From Ktedonobacterales bacterium (GTDB taxonomy: Bacteria > Chloroflexota > Ktedonobacteria > Ktedonobacterales > JADMIN01): 64,000 nucleotides of DNA. A model generated the notes under the pieces. The model was given only the letters and a program-made list of their open reading frames with translations. It had not been told where the DNA came from and searched no databases. The position numbers were made by a program, and so were the translations under genes. Shown in pieces: positions 46,912 through 56,042 of the stretch (positions within the stretch are counted from its first letter, which is position 1; every line of letters starts with the position of its first letter). The stretch spans positions 339-64,338 of the forward strand of contig DASUWS010000016.1 in NCBI GenBank assembly GCA_036378295.1, in the 5' to 3' direction.

Positions 46912-46955
46912 GGGCGTTGGCATTCCTCATGACAAGGTGATAAGGAGCGCAATAC

Positions 46956-47309
46956 ATGTCAGTAGCACCATTGGTCCGAGCCGTGGAAGAGGAGCATCTG
47001 CGCAGCGATGTGCCAGAGATTGCTTCTGGCGACACGGTTCGCGTGCATGTCAAAGTGGTTGAGGGCTCACGCGAGCGCATTCAGGTCTTCGAGGGCATTG
47101 TCATCCGTCATCATGGTGATGGTCTGAACCGGTCGTTCACCGTCCGCCGCATCGCACATGGCGTGGGTGTCGAGCGGTCGTTCCTGGTGCATTCGCCGCG
47201 CGTTGACAAGATCGAGGTCGTGCGCCATGCGGTCGTCCGGCGCAAGAATCTCTACTACATGCGCGGGCTGCGCGGCAAGGCGGCACGCCTCAGAGAGCGC
47301 CGCGTCTGA
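46956..47309 (+). CDS. rplS: 50S ribosomal protein L19
   Basis: [26 protein letters not shown]...FTVRRI..GVGVER.F..HSP. Confidence 0.95.
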   Translation: MSVAPLVRAVEEEHLRSDVPEIASGDTVRVHVKVVEGSRERIQVFEGIVIRHHGDGLNRSFTVRRIAHGVGVERSFLVHSPRVDKIEVVRHAVVRRKNLYYMRGLRGKAARLRERRV

Positions 47310-47372
47310 GTCTCATCCGACTCGCTCTGGTGGCGTTCGCGCTCCAGCCATCAATCAGCATATACCCCCTCA

Positions 47373-47407
47373 GCGGAGGCTCCTGATCTCGGTCAGCCAG
47401 CCTCCGC
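47373..47407 (+). terminator. Hairpin terminator after rplS
   Basis: GCGGAGGCT-N17-AGCCTCCGC, followed by GTTATTGCGTT. Confidence 0.55.
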
Positions 47408-47569
47408 GTTATTGCGTTGCTGACCGCTTTCCTCACCGTACCCATCTCTCGGGTACTCGCTATTGCTCACATTTCTCTCATACCCCTTCGCACGTGGCCC
47501 TGCGCTCAGGTACACTTCTGACTGAGCAGGCATCACTCTCTGCCGCCCTGAAGACCTGCGACCAATATC

Positions 47570-48322
47570 GTGGAGCGCCCGATGAGCCAGGATTCCGACC
47601 CCGAATTGGCGAAGAGAATCGCCAGATCGCGACCTGTGCGCCAGCCCGCCCTGCTGGATGCGCCAGCCGTGTCGCTGCGCCGCTGTGGGCTTGATGAGGT
47701 GGGACGCGGCGCGCTGGCGGGTCCACTCGTGGCGGCGGCAGCCATCCTTCCCGACGACATTGCCGATCGGCTCGGCGCGCTGGCCCGCTTTCTGCGCGAC
47801 TCGAAGACAGTTCCCCGCGCCCGGCGCGAAGACCTCGCCGCCGCGATTCAGGTCCACGCGCTCGCCGTAGAGATCGTGAGCATCCCCGTCGAGGATATCA
47901 ACCGGCACGGCATCGGCTGGGCCAACCGCGAAGCGTTCCACCGTCTGATTGCCGCGCTCGACGCCGACGAATACATCGTCGATGGGCGTTTGCGTCCCCC
48001 CGCGCCAGCGGATCGTATCGCCCGGGTGCGCTGCATGGTGAAGGCCGATACGCTCGTTCCGGCGGTGGCGGCGGCCTCGCTGGTGGCAAAGGTACACCGC
48101 GACGCGCTGATGTCCGCCCTCCACCACGACTATCCCGCCTTTGGCTGGAATGAGAACGCTGGCTATGGCACGGCTACCCATCTGGCGGCGCTCCGCAGTG
48201 TTGGCGCCTGCCCTGAGCATCGCACACTCTTCGTGGCAACGGCGCTCAGCGGCGGCCAGCGCGCCCGCAAGATCGGCAAGGCGGGCAAGACCGGTGCGGA
48301 GCCGCAACGCCTGCTGGAGTAG
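47570..48322 (+). CDS. rnhB: Ribonuclease HII
   Basis: GLDEVGRGALAGPLVAAA (DEVGRG catalytic motif) and DSK. GTG 47570 or ATG 47582. Confidence 0.9.
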   Translation: MERPMSQDSDPELAKRIARSRPVRQPALLDAPAVSLRRCGLDEVGRGALAGPLVAAAAILPDDIADRLGALARFLRDSKTVPRARREDLAAAIQVHALAVEIVSIPVEDINRHGIGWANREAFHRLIAALDADEYIVDGRLRPPAPADRIARVRCMVKADTLVPAVAAASLVAKVHRDALMSALHHDYPAFGWNENAGYGTATHLAALRSVGACPEHRTLFVATALSGGQRARKIGKAGKTGAEPQRLLE

Positions 48323-48378
48323 CCCCGCTCGCTGCGCCCCAGGCTTACATGACCTGTCATGGTGACTCTCGCGTGTGG

Positions 48379-49122
48379 TCACGAGCACTTAGCCTTGTCT
48401 AGCTCGCTGCTGGCAGAATTGACATCCTTGGTTGCTTTCTGCATGAGTGCGCTGCCATCCTGAACTTTGCTCACGTCGTAGGTATCGATGCCGTCAATGA
48501 CCTCTTGCGTCGCGGATTGAATGTCTCTCAAGGCAGCGCGTAGCGGCTGGTCTGTAGACACCAGGCAAGGAGGAGTCGGGTGAGCGTCGAGATCCTTGAG
48601 AAAGCTGGCGCTATCATCGCGCGCCACAACGAGAGCCGCCCGGCAAGCACTAAGGTCCTGTGAGTTGCCGCACTCGTCACTCACTATGTTGAGATCGTTG
48701 CCCAACGTCGTGCCATCGAGCGTGACGACGGATACATACGCGGCTGCACCCGCATTGGGATTCGCAGTCGCGGTAGGTGTCGGCGTCTCGGCAAGATGAA
48801 CCATCTGGGTCGTCGATGTTGCCGTCTCCGCTGCGTTTGAGGCGGCAGGAGTCGAGCCGAGCGCAGCGACAGTGCCGAGAACTCCCACGCACATACACAA
48901 TAGCAGCAGAACGCCACAGCCGATGCCGCCGCCAATCAGCAGCTTGTTGCGGTTGGACTGCGGCGCACCTGGCGCATTTGGTGCGCCCGCGGCTGGTGGT
49001 GGCGCATAGGGAGCCGCGTAGAGTGGCTGGCCCTGCGAAGGAGCTGCCGCCTGCTGTGAGTCGGGGGCAGGCTGCTGTAGAGGCGCCTGTTGCGGATCAG
49101 GCACGGTGGGGTATTGCTGCAT
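48379..49122 (-). CDS. Single-pass membrane protein: Pro/Gln-rich N-terminus, TM, Cys-containing ectodomain
   Basis: ATG 49122 after AGAGGGA. TM LLIGGGIGCGVLLLLCMCVGVLGTVAAL. No family recognised. Confidence 0.6.
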   Translation of the reverse strand: MQQYPTVPDPQQAPLQQPAPDSQQAAAPSQGQPLYAAPYAPPPAAGAPNAPGAPQSNRNKLLIGGGIGCGVLLLLCMCVGVLGTVAALGSTPAASNAAETATSTTQMVHLAETPTPTATANPNAGAAAYVSVVTLDGTTLGNDLNIVSDECGNSQDLSACRAALVVARDDSASFLKDLDAHPTPPCLVSTDQPLRAALRDIQSATQEVIDGIDTYDVSKVQDGSALMQKATKDVNSASSELDKAKCS

Positions 49123-49475
49123 ACATATCCCTCTTTCAGACGGTTCGGATGTCGCGATCACGTTGAATCAGATAACCGTGCTCGCAAGATGGTCGGCAGA
49201 CCGTTCGCCGTAATCACTTGATACGGCGGGAGTACGCGAAAGCGGAAAGTCTCTTTGGGATTCGCTCACATCGCGGGAAACGGCGGAGGACTGATGTGAG
49301 AATTCTGGTGGAAATCGCGAGTGAAATGAAACGAGAATCACGTATCCTTGCGGGCAATCGCTACGATACGATAGGAAATATAAGCCGGACAGTGGATACA
49401 CACCGGCAGGCAGCTACTGCATAGCAGCGCACTGCAGCCGTCATAGAGGAGAACACGGAGGAGGTAGCAGACACC

Positions 49476-49922
49476 ATGCAGAAACCGACGGATGCGTTTC
49501 GGGAGCGGTTGGCCGAGGCCTTCGAGCACATCCCACCAGGGAAGACCTTTCGCTGGCGGAGGACGTTCACCGAGGCCGATGTAACGCTCTTCTGCGGCAT
49601 TACGGGCGACCACAATCCCTATCACCAGGATGAGCTGTTCGCCCGCGAAAGCTGGTATGGCAGGCGCATCATTCCGGGTCTGCTTACGGCCAGCATGGTC
49701 ACCCACATTGGCGGAATGGTTGGCTTCCTGGCGACAGAGATGACCTTCGAGTACCTGGAACCGGTATTTCCGGGAGATACGATCACCTGCACCGTCGAAT
49801 TCACTGACCGTGACGCAAATCTCCGGCGGATGACCGGTATAGGGCGGTTCGAGAATCAGGATGGCGTTGAGGTATTGCGGGCGCGTTTCAGTGGCTTTCC
49901 CTCACAGATCCGCCTCGCCTGA
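49476..49922 (+). CDS. MaoC-like (R)-specific enoyl-CoA hydratase / hot-dog dehydratase
   Basis: GGAGGAGG SD. FTEADVTLFCGITGDHNPYHQD hot-dog hydratase motif. Confidence 0.85.
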   Translation: MQKPTDAFRERLAEAFEHIPPGKTFRWRRTFTEADVTLFCGITGDHNPYHQDELFARESWYGRRIIPGLLTASMVTHIGGMVGFLATEMTFEYLEPVFPGDTITCTVEFTDRDANLRRMTGIGRFENQDGVEVLRARFSGFPSQIRLA

Positions 49923-50012
49923 CACCACACCACAGGAAGCGGGCACCAGACAGCCCCTTCTCTCCGTCTCGCGCAGAAAAGGGGCCGCAGCCAACACCCA
50001 AGCGTGGGCGAG

Positions 50013-50369
50013 CTAGCGCTGGCGCGACGTAACCGTAACGGCGGTGCCGTAGCAGAGCACTTCGGTCACGCCCTGGGTGATCTCAGTGGCATCATAGCGC
50101 ACGCCGATCACGGCATTTGCCCCGAGCTGCGCCGCGTGCTGAATCATCAACTCGTAAGCGTCCACCCGTGCCCGCTCGCACAACTCGGTATAGATCGAGA
50201 TATTGCCGCCAGCAAGCTGCTGAAACGCCGCCCCAATATTGCCCACAATACTGCGCGACCGAACGATAATCCCTCGCACCAAACCATAATTCCGCACGAC
50301 CTCCAGCCCCGGCAGCTCGAAGGCTGATGTCACGAGTGAATGGTCGAATGCTACCGCCTGTTGGCTCAT
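50013..50369 (-). CDS. YbjQ/UPF0145-family protein
   Basis: ATG 50369 after GAGGGAG. LPGLEVVRNYGLVRGIIVRSRSIVGNIGA...GANAVIGVRYD. Confidence 0.85.
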   Translation of the reverse strand: MSQQAVAFDHSLVTSAFELPGLEVVRNYGLVRGIIVRSRSIVGNIGAAFQQLAGGNISIYTELCERARVDAYELMIQHAAQLGANAVIGVRYDATEITQGVTEVLCYGTAVTVTSRQR

Positions 50370-50644
50370 CGAAAGCTCCCTCATCTGAAGAACCACGGAT
50401 AGTGGCGGCGCCAATCGCCGCGCTCGACAGGAGACCTGGTCCCGCAAGGGATACGCGCGGGAAGGAAGGGGGTTGCACACGGGCACACGTGGCGCGGCGT
50501 CATGTGAGCTTCGTCTTGGTGGTTGGTTCTTTCACAGGCAACGGATATGTGGGTGCGATCATCGTTCAAGGGAGCAGTGTTACCCATCCTACCGCCATGC
50601 CGGGGCATATATCGAGAATACCGCAGGCTTTCCGCATCACGGCA

Positions 50645-50675
50645 AGACCTCCACGGGATACACTCGTGGAGGTCT
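50645..50675 (-). terminator. 11-bp-stem hairpin downstream of the small membrane-protein gene
   Basis: AGACCTCCACG-N9-CGTGGAGGTCT, 55 nt after the stop at 50730. Confidence 0.5.
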
Positions 50676-50729
50676 CTTCGTGGCGGCGTGAACGCGAAAG
50701 CCTGGTTGGCATCCCTGTTGACATCCCTG

Positions 50730-50978
50730 CTAGAGGTTGTCCTTCTCCTTTTCCTCACCCCAGAGCCGGCGCGACACAAAGCCACCGAGATAATAGCCGA
50801 GGCCGCCCAGCACCACCGTCGCCCCGATCCAGACGATCGTGGCGATGTTGACCGCGCTGAGACTCTGCATCACCTGAATGACGATGAGCGCGGCAATCAG
50901 CCCCAGCAACAGCCCGGCGGTCAGGCCAAGGGTGCATCCGACATGCGCGAGGTTGCGCCCGCGTAGTTGATCAAGCAT
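50730..50978 (-). CDS. Small (82 aa) two-TM membrane protein
   Basis: Two hydrophobic helices with a basic/acidic C-terminus. No family recognised. Confidence 0.5.
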   Translation of the reverse strand: MLDQLRGRNLAHVGCTLGLTAGLLLGLIAALIVIQVMQSLSAVNIATIVWIGATVVLGGLGYYLGGFVSRRLWGEEKEKDNL

Positions 50979-51099
50979 ACAATCTCCAGAGCGAGATGAT
51001 GGTGAGCTATCTCTTTGGGGTTATAGCAGTGCGAGCGCTGCGGCGTCAATGTCGCCACAAGGAGCTAGCCCGTGCCAACACAAAAAGGAGACAACCCGC

Positions 51100-51687
51100 A
51101 TGGCCGACGTGACCTATGATGATCTCACGGCGCTCCGAGAGCGCATCCTGCGCGGCGAGCTGACCATCGAGCAGGCAGCGTCTCAATTTTCATTGGAAGA
51201 ACTTGCGGAGGCGTTACACATGACACGCGGCACGGTGCAGGCACTCGTGGACGCGTGGTCGCCCGAACAACTCACCTGGCAACCGCCCGTCGCACAGAGC
51301 GAGATGCCCGCGAAGGGAGAAGATCGCTGGTCGGCAACTGAGGCGGCGACACATCTGATCGCGACAGAAAACTGGTATCTGATGCACATGGGGCGGCTCG
51401 TTGGGAAGCGCGAGCACTTCGACGTGATGCCGCGCGGCCTCGGTGACCACGCTGACAACAACGTACCCAAGGACGCGCTGGCCACTCGACTGCGCGCAGC
51501 AACCGACCGCCTCCTGAGCGAAATCGCCACAATCCCTGCCGACGCCGATCTGGCAGCCCGCCGCGATTCCACCTTCTTCGGGGAGTTGAGCCTGCGTGGA
51601 TGGGTCATGCTGGCCATCATCCACGACATTGATCACACCGCGCAGATACAGCGGCTCACCGAGCAGAGCGGATTTCCCGCGCGCTAG
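51100..51687 (+). CDS. DinB-family (four-helix bundle metal-binding) protein
   Basis: AAGGAG SD. HLIATENWY ... IIHDIDHTAQI His triad pattern. Confidence 0.8.
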   Translation: MADVTYDDLTALRERILRGELTIEQAASQFSLEELAEALHMTRGTVQALVDAWSPEQLTWQPPVAQSEMPAKGEDRWSATEAATHLIATENWYLMHMGRLVGKREHFDVMPRGLGDHADNNVPKDALATRLRAATDRLLSEIATIPADADLAARRDSTFFGELSLRGWVMLAIIHDIDHTAQIQRLTEQSGFPAR

Positions 51688-51704
51688 CGGCAGCACGTAC
51701 CACA

Positions 51705-51746
51705 AACCGACCAGACAGAATGCTTCGTGCGATTATCTGGTCGGTT
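51705..51746. terminator. Bidirectional hairpin between the dinB-like gene and rpsU
   Basis: AACCGACCAGA-N20-TCTGGTCGGTT. Confidence 0.55.
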
Positions 51747-51804
51747 GCGTATCGTGATCATCAGGCTGCAATAAGTGCGATTCAGCAAACAGGCACGCGG
51801 CAGC

Positions 51805-52011
51805 CTAGTAGCCCATAGCCGCGGCCTTGGCGCGGGCCTTGCGGGCCTTGCGCTCGCGGGCATCTGCCTTGCGCTTGCGCTTTACACTCGGCGGCTCGTA
51901 ATGCTGACGTCGCTTTGCCTCCGAGAGCAAGCCATCCTGTTGCACTTTGCGCGTAAATTTCTTCAGGGCTTGGTCGAACGACTCGCCCTCTTTGATCACA
52001 ACCTCAGTCAC
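51805..52011 (-). CDS. rpsU: 30S ribosomal protein S21
   Basis: GTG start. VVIKEGESFDQALKKFTRKVQQDGLLSEAKRRQHYEPPSVKRKRK. Confidence 0.95.
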   Translation of the reverse strand: MTEVVIKEGESFDQALKKFTRKVQQDGLLSEAKRRQHYEPPSVKRKRKADARERKARKARAKAAAMGY

Positions 52012-52171
52012 TCTTGTACCTGTTGCCTGGATGGAGACACAGACCTCACATCCAGTCTCCTTTCTTCGGGTTAGATATCTGCTTCGCCACTTTTGGGCCG
52101 GGCGGGCGGGCTTACTCTCCGCAGAGAAGGTGCCTCAACCCCGTCAATAACATAGCTTACCACATCCTTGC

Positions 52172-52852
52172 TCATTTCGCACCCCCTTCTTTCGGCCTAA
52201 TCGGGGGTTTTGGCCCTCCGGCCCCGTCGGTCACGACCACTTTGCGCCCAGAGACCCAGGGGCTGCCCGCCAGCAGGAACCGCCACGGCCAGTCAGCAGC
52301 CTGGGAGATGCCAATACGCGCGGTCGCCACGATCTGCGCATCCTCAGGAAATCCGGGCGTTTCTTCGATCCAGAGCGTATCGCCGCGCAAATCCACGCCA
52401 TTTTCGGCGAGGGTCAGCCCAAGCGCCGCGCAGAGCCTGCCCGGGCCGCGCGCAATGTCACGGTCGGCGATGCGCTCGCCGCGGCGGGCACGCATCAGCG
52501 GCAGGCCAGTTGTTGGCTCCAGGGCGCGCAGCAGCACAGCGGCAGCCACATGCTCTTCCTCGGTCACGACGTTCAGGCAGTGGTGCATGCCATAGCTGAC
52601 ATAGATGTAGGCGTGACCCGGCGGCCCCCACATAGCGGCATTGCGCGGAGTCTTGCCGCGAAATCCATGCGCGGCGGGATCGATGGCGGCGACGTATGCC
52701 TCGGTCTCGACAATAACGCCGCCGGTCACCCCCTCGGCTGTTCTCCGTAAGAGCGTCTTGCCAATGAGATCGCGAGCCACATCCACTGTGGAATGCGCAT
52801 AGAAGGAGCGGGACAATTTGAGGCGGCCATGCTCTGCGGTAGTATCTGACAC
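52172..52852 (-). CDS. mpg: DNA-3-methyladenine glycosylase (Mpg/AAG family)
   Basis: VARDLIGKTL, IVETEAY, DPAAHGFRGKTPRNAAMWGPPGHAYIYVSYGMHHCLNVV. Start set at GTG 52852; the ORF extends to 53047. Confidence 0.85.
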   Translation of the reverse strand: MSDTTAEHGRLKLSRSFYAHSTVDVARDLIGKTLLRRTAEGVTGGVIVETEAYVAAIDPAAHGFRGKTPRNAAMWGPPGHAYIYVSYGMHHCLNVVTEEEHVAAAVLLRALEPTTGLPLMRARRGERIADRDIARGPGRLCAALGLTLAENGVDLRGDTLWIEETPGFPEDAQIVATARIGISQAADWPWRFLLAGSPWVSGRKVVVTDGAGGPKPPIRPKEGGAK

Positions 52853-53147
52853 GTCACCAAGCCTTACTGCTATATGTCTGTGTGCATCATCTCTACGTGG
52901 TGATGACGGTGCAGCCGCATCCCACGTCTCGTAGAGAAACCGGCGGCCCGATGCACATGATACACCGCAAGCCCTTGGGTTCGGCAACAATGATCCGTCG
53001 CCTCTGGTCGCCTCGGACGCCCAGTTTACGTTCACAGACCGCGACACATTCTAACGGAGAACATGCCATCGCGAGGGGTACAATGTAGTACACTATCGCG
53101 CAGTATGTGCGCCCGAGACACATCGAATCTCGAACCGAGGAGTTGCT

Positions 53148-54944
53148 ATGCAGACGCTACCGAAGCGCAGCGATGTCAAGATCGAGGATACCTGGGAACT
53201 GGAAACGATCTATCCTACCAATGAGGCCTGGGAAGCCGATTTTTCCAGGGTAAGCGCGATGCAGCCCGGCCTGAGCGAGCTTCAGGGCCACCTGGGCGAG
53301 TCCGCGCAAACCCTGCTCGAAGCGCTCAAGCGGCGCGACGCGGCAGGCGAGATTCTTGGCCGGCTCTTCGTCTATGCCTACATGCGTCTGCATCAGGATA
53401 GCACCGACAATACCTATCAGGCGATGGCGGACCGCGTCACCACGCTGGCGAACGACATCAACACCGCCACGGCCCACCAGACGCCGGAGATTCTGGCGAT
53501 TCCGCAGGAGCGCCTCGAGGCGCTTCTCCAAGAAGAGCCTGGACTTCAGGTGTACCGCCATGCCATCGAAGAGATCACCCGCGAGCGCCCACACATCCTC
53601 TCAGCCGAGATGGAAGGGCTGCTGGCCCAGGCGGCAGAGGTGGGCAATGCGCCTGAGCGCATCTATGAGATGTTCAGCACCGCCGACCTCAAGCTGCCGT
53701 CCGTGCGCGATGCCGAGGGCAACGACGTGCAGTTGACGCAGGGCAACTTCGTCGCGCATTTCCTGGAGTCTCGTGACCGCGACGTGCGCCGCAACGCCTT
53801 CGAGGCGATGTTCACCACCTACCAGTCCTACCGCAACACCATGGCGGCAACGCTCAGCGCGCAGGTGAAGCGCAATATCTTCTTCGCCCGTGCCCGTCAC
53901 TACGCAAGCGCGCTCGAAGCCTCTCTGGAGCCACACAACATCCCCGTCAGCGTCTACGACAACCTGATCACCACGGTCAACAACAACCTGCCCGTGCTGC
54001 ACCGCTATCTCCGCCTGCGCAAGAAGCTGCTCGGGCTCAGCGACCTGCACATGTATGACCTCTACGTGCCGATGGTTCCGGAGATCGAGTATAAAGTCAC
54101 CTACCAGGAGGCACAGCAACGCATCGCCGAGGCACTCGCGCCACTCGGAGACGACTACGTCTCGGTCGTGCAGCGTGGGTTTGCCTCGCGCTGGATCGAT
54201 GTCTATGAGAACGAGGGCAAGCGCTCAGGCGCTTATAGCTGGGGCAGCTACGGTACAAATCCTTTCATGCTGCTGAACTACCAGGATACGATGGATAGCA
54301 TGTTCACGCTGGCCCACGAGATGGGCCACTCGATGCACTCGCATTTCACCTGGCAGACGCAGCCGTACCCTTACAGCAGCTATACACTCTTCGTGGCAGA
54401 GGTCGCCTCGACACTGAATGAGGCCCTGCTGACGCATGCGCTACTCCAGACGACTACGGACCGGGCGCTGCGGATGTATATCATCAATCACGCGCTGGAG
54501 ACGTTCCGCACGACCCTCTACCGCCAGACGCTGTTCGCGGAGTTCGAGCGCGACATGCACGCGAAGGCCGAGGCAGGCGAAGCGCTGACGCCCGAAGCGC
54601 TCGGCGGCATCTTCAAGCGGCTCAACGACACCTATTACGGGCCAGTCGTTACAGTGGACGATGTGATTGCCAACGAGTGGGGGCGCATCCCGCACTTCTA
54701 CTCCAGCTTCTACGTGTATCAGTACGCGACGGGCATCTCAGCGTCGTCGGCGCTGGCGCACCAGATTCTGACGGAAGGGCAGCCCGCCGTTGACCGCTAC
54801 CTGCGCTTCTTGCGCTCCGGCTCGTCTGACTACAGCATCAACCTGTTGCGCGATGCTGGAGTGGACCTCTCGACGCCCGCTCCGGTCCAGGAGGCGCTTG
54901 ATACCTTCAGCCATTACCTGGATGACCTGGAAGCGCTGCTGTAG
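53148..54944 (+). CDS. pepF: Oligoendopeptidase F (M3B)
   Basis: HEMGHSMH zinc motif, 598 aa, PepF-type N-terminus (WELETIYPT). Confidence 0.9.
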   Translation: MQTLPKRSDVKIEDTWELETIYPTNEAWEADFSRVSAMQPGLSELQGHLGESAQTLLEALKRRDAAGEILGRLFVYAYMRLHQDSTDNTYQAMADRVTTLANDINTATAHQTPEILAIPQERLEALLQEEPGLQVYRHAIEEITRERPHILSAEMEGLLAQAAEVGNAPERIYEMFSTADLKLPSVRDAEGNDVQLTQGNFVAHFLESRDRDVRRNAFEAMFTTYQSYRNTMAATLSAQVKRNIFFARARHYASALEASLEPHNIPVSVYDNLITTVNNNLPVLHRYLRLRKKLLGLSDLHMYDLYVPMVPEIEYKVTYQEAQQRIAEALAPLGDDYVSVVQRGFASRWIDVYENEGKRSGAYSWGSYGTNPFMLLNYQDTMDSMFTLAHEMGHSMHSHFTWQTQPYPYSSYTLFVAEVASTLNEALLTHALLQTTTDRALRMYIINHALETFRTTLYRQTLFAEFERDMHAKAEAGEALTPEALGGIFKRLNDTYYGPVVTVDDVIANEWGRIPHFYSSFYVYQYATGISASSALAHQILTEGQPAVDRYLRFLRSGSSDYSINLLRDAGVDLSTPAPVQEALDTFSHYLDDLEALL

Positions 54945-54993
54945 CTGAATCGAGCAGGCAAGCCAAATGGCACAGGTTGCGCAAGGGAGGCTC

Positions 54994-55015
54994 GCCGTGG
55001 CCTAAAGGCCACGGC
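54994..55015. terminator. Perfect 9-bp-stem hairpin GCCGTGGCC-TAAA-GGCCACGGC
   Basis: Lies 50 nt after the pepF stop, and also 27 nt after the minus-strand mini-ORF stop. Confidence 0.6.
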
Positions 55016-55041
55016 TAATCCCGCTCGTTCGGTACATATGA

Positions 55042-55083
55042 TTACAGCAGCGGGGTACCGGGAGGCAGGATGAACATCGGCAT
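55042..55083 (-). CDS. Candidate 13-codon mini-ORF MPMFILPPGTPLL
   Basis: AAGGAG lies 9 nt upstream of ATG 55083, with hairpins on both sides. No other support. Confidence 0.15.
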   Translation of the reverse strand: MPMFILPPGTPLL

Positions 55084-55120
55084 GATGGTGTTCTCCTTGT
55101 TCATTGGGTAGTCGCTCTTG

Positions 55121-55178
55121 CCCCCTCCCGGCCCTGCGGGCCGCCATCCCCTCTGAGGGGAGGGATGAAGGGAGAGGT
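55121..55178. repeat. Polypyrimidine/polypurine hairpin element downstream of rplY (probable terminator)
   Basis: CCCCCTCCCGGCCCTGCGGGCCGCCATCCCCTCTGAGGGGAGGGATGAAGGGAGAGG. Shares the GGGRTGAAGGGAGARG tail with the copy at 60406-60425. Confidence 0.55.
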
Positions 55179-55251
55179 CCACTACTGATCCGATCAAGGT
55201 GTTAACTGCGCCATTCATGCCGCGATGCTGCGACACCGCACATGCGGCCAG

Positions 55252-55914
55252 CTATTCCTGCGGAGCGGTCGCGGGCGACTCCTCGGCAGACGCTTCGCCT
55301 TCAACCACCGGGGCAGCCGGGACAGCGGCGGGTACTTCCTCGGCGGCAACACGCGGCGCCTGGATGCTCACGACAATCTCGTCCTCTGGCGTCACCAGCT
55401 TCACCTTTCGCGGCAGCTTCAGCGCGCTGGCGTGACGCGAGGTATTCACGTCCTCCATATCGCTGATGTCAAGCTCCAGCGCCTCCGGCAGATCACCGGG
55501 CAGCGCCTCGACCTCCGCGTAATCTAGTGATTGGATCGGCACACCATCATGGATCTTCACGGCGGGCGCTTCGCCGACCAGGCGCACAGGCACCTTCGCC
55601 CGAATGGGCTCGGTCAGATTGACATGGAAGAAGTCAATATGCTGGATGAAATTGGTCGCGGGCTGGCGCGTAATGTGGCGCACCACCACTGTCTCCTTGG
55701 CACCATCCGGAGCGATGACCAGTTGGTAAAGCTGCGTTGGACCATGCGTTTTGAGCGCGCGCTCCATGTGGTAGGCATCCACCTGAACAGCGACCGAGTC
55801 CTTCTGGTTGCCATATATATTGGCCGGAAGGATGCCCTCGCGACGCAGTTGCTTCACCCGCTTGCCAAAAATCGTTCGGCGATCCGCGTTGAGTGTCACC
55901 TGTTTGGTAGGCAT
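55252..55914 (-). CDS. rplY: 50S ribosomal protein L25 / general stress protein Ctc
   Basis: R..FGKRVKQLRREGILPANIYG. Two-domain Ctc length (220 aa) with an acidic tail. Confidence 0.9.
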   Translation of the reverse strand: MPTKQVTLNADRRTIFGKRVKQLRREGILPANIYGNQKDSVAVQVDAYHMERALKTHGPTQLYQLVIAPDGAKETVVVRHITRQPATNFIQHIDFFHVNLTEPIRAKVPVRLVGEAPAVKIHDGVPIQSLDYAEVEALPGDLPEALELDISDMEDVNTSRHASALKLPRKVKLVTPEDEIVVSIQAPRVAAEEVPAAVPAAPVVEGEASAEESPATAPQE

Positions 55915-56042
55915 ACGTTGATTATCCTTTCGAGCATTGAGTGTTTCTGTTCACTCCCGTTACGATCTAGCACGCAGCGTGCCAATGCACGAGCTTGAAC
56001 GAGAACGCAGCCAGCGATTCCCTCCACGAAAGGTTGTAACAC

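Noticed and set aside
55915-56042. B12 riboswitch upstream of cobT.
   Set aside because: Only 128 nt are available, shared with the divergent rplY promoter, and none of the cobalamin-riboswitch core motifs is present.
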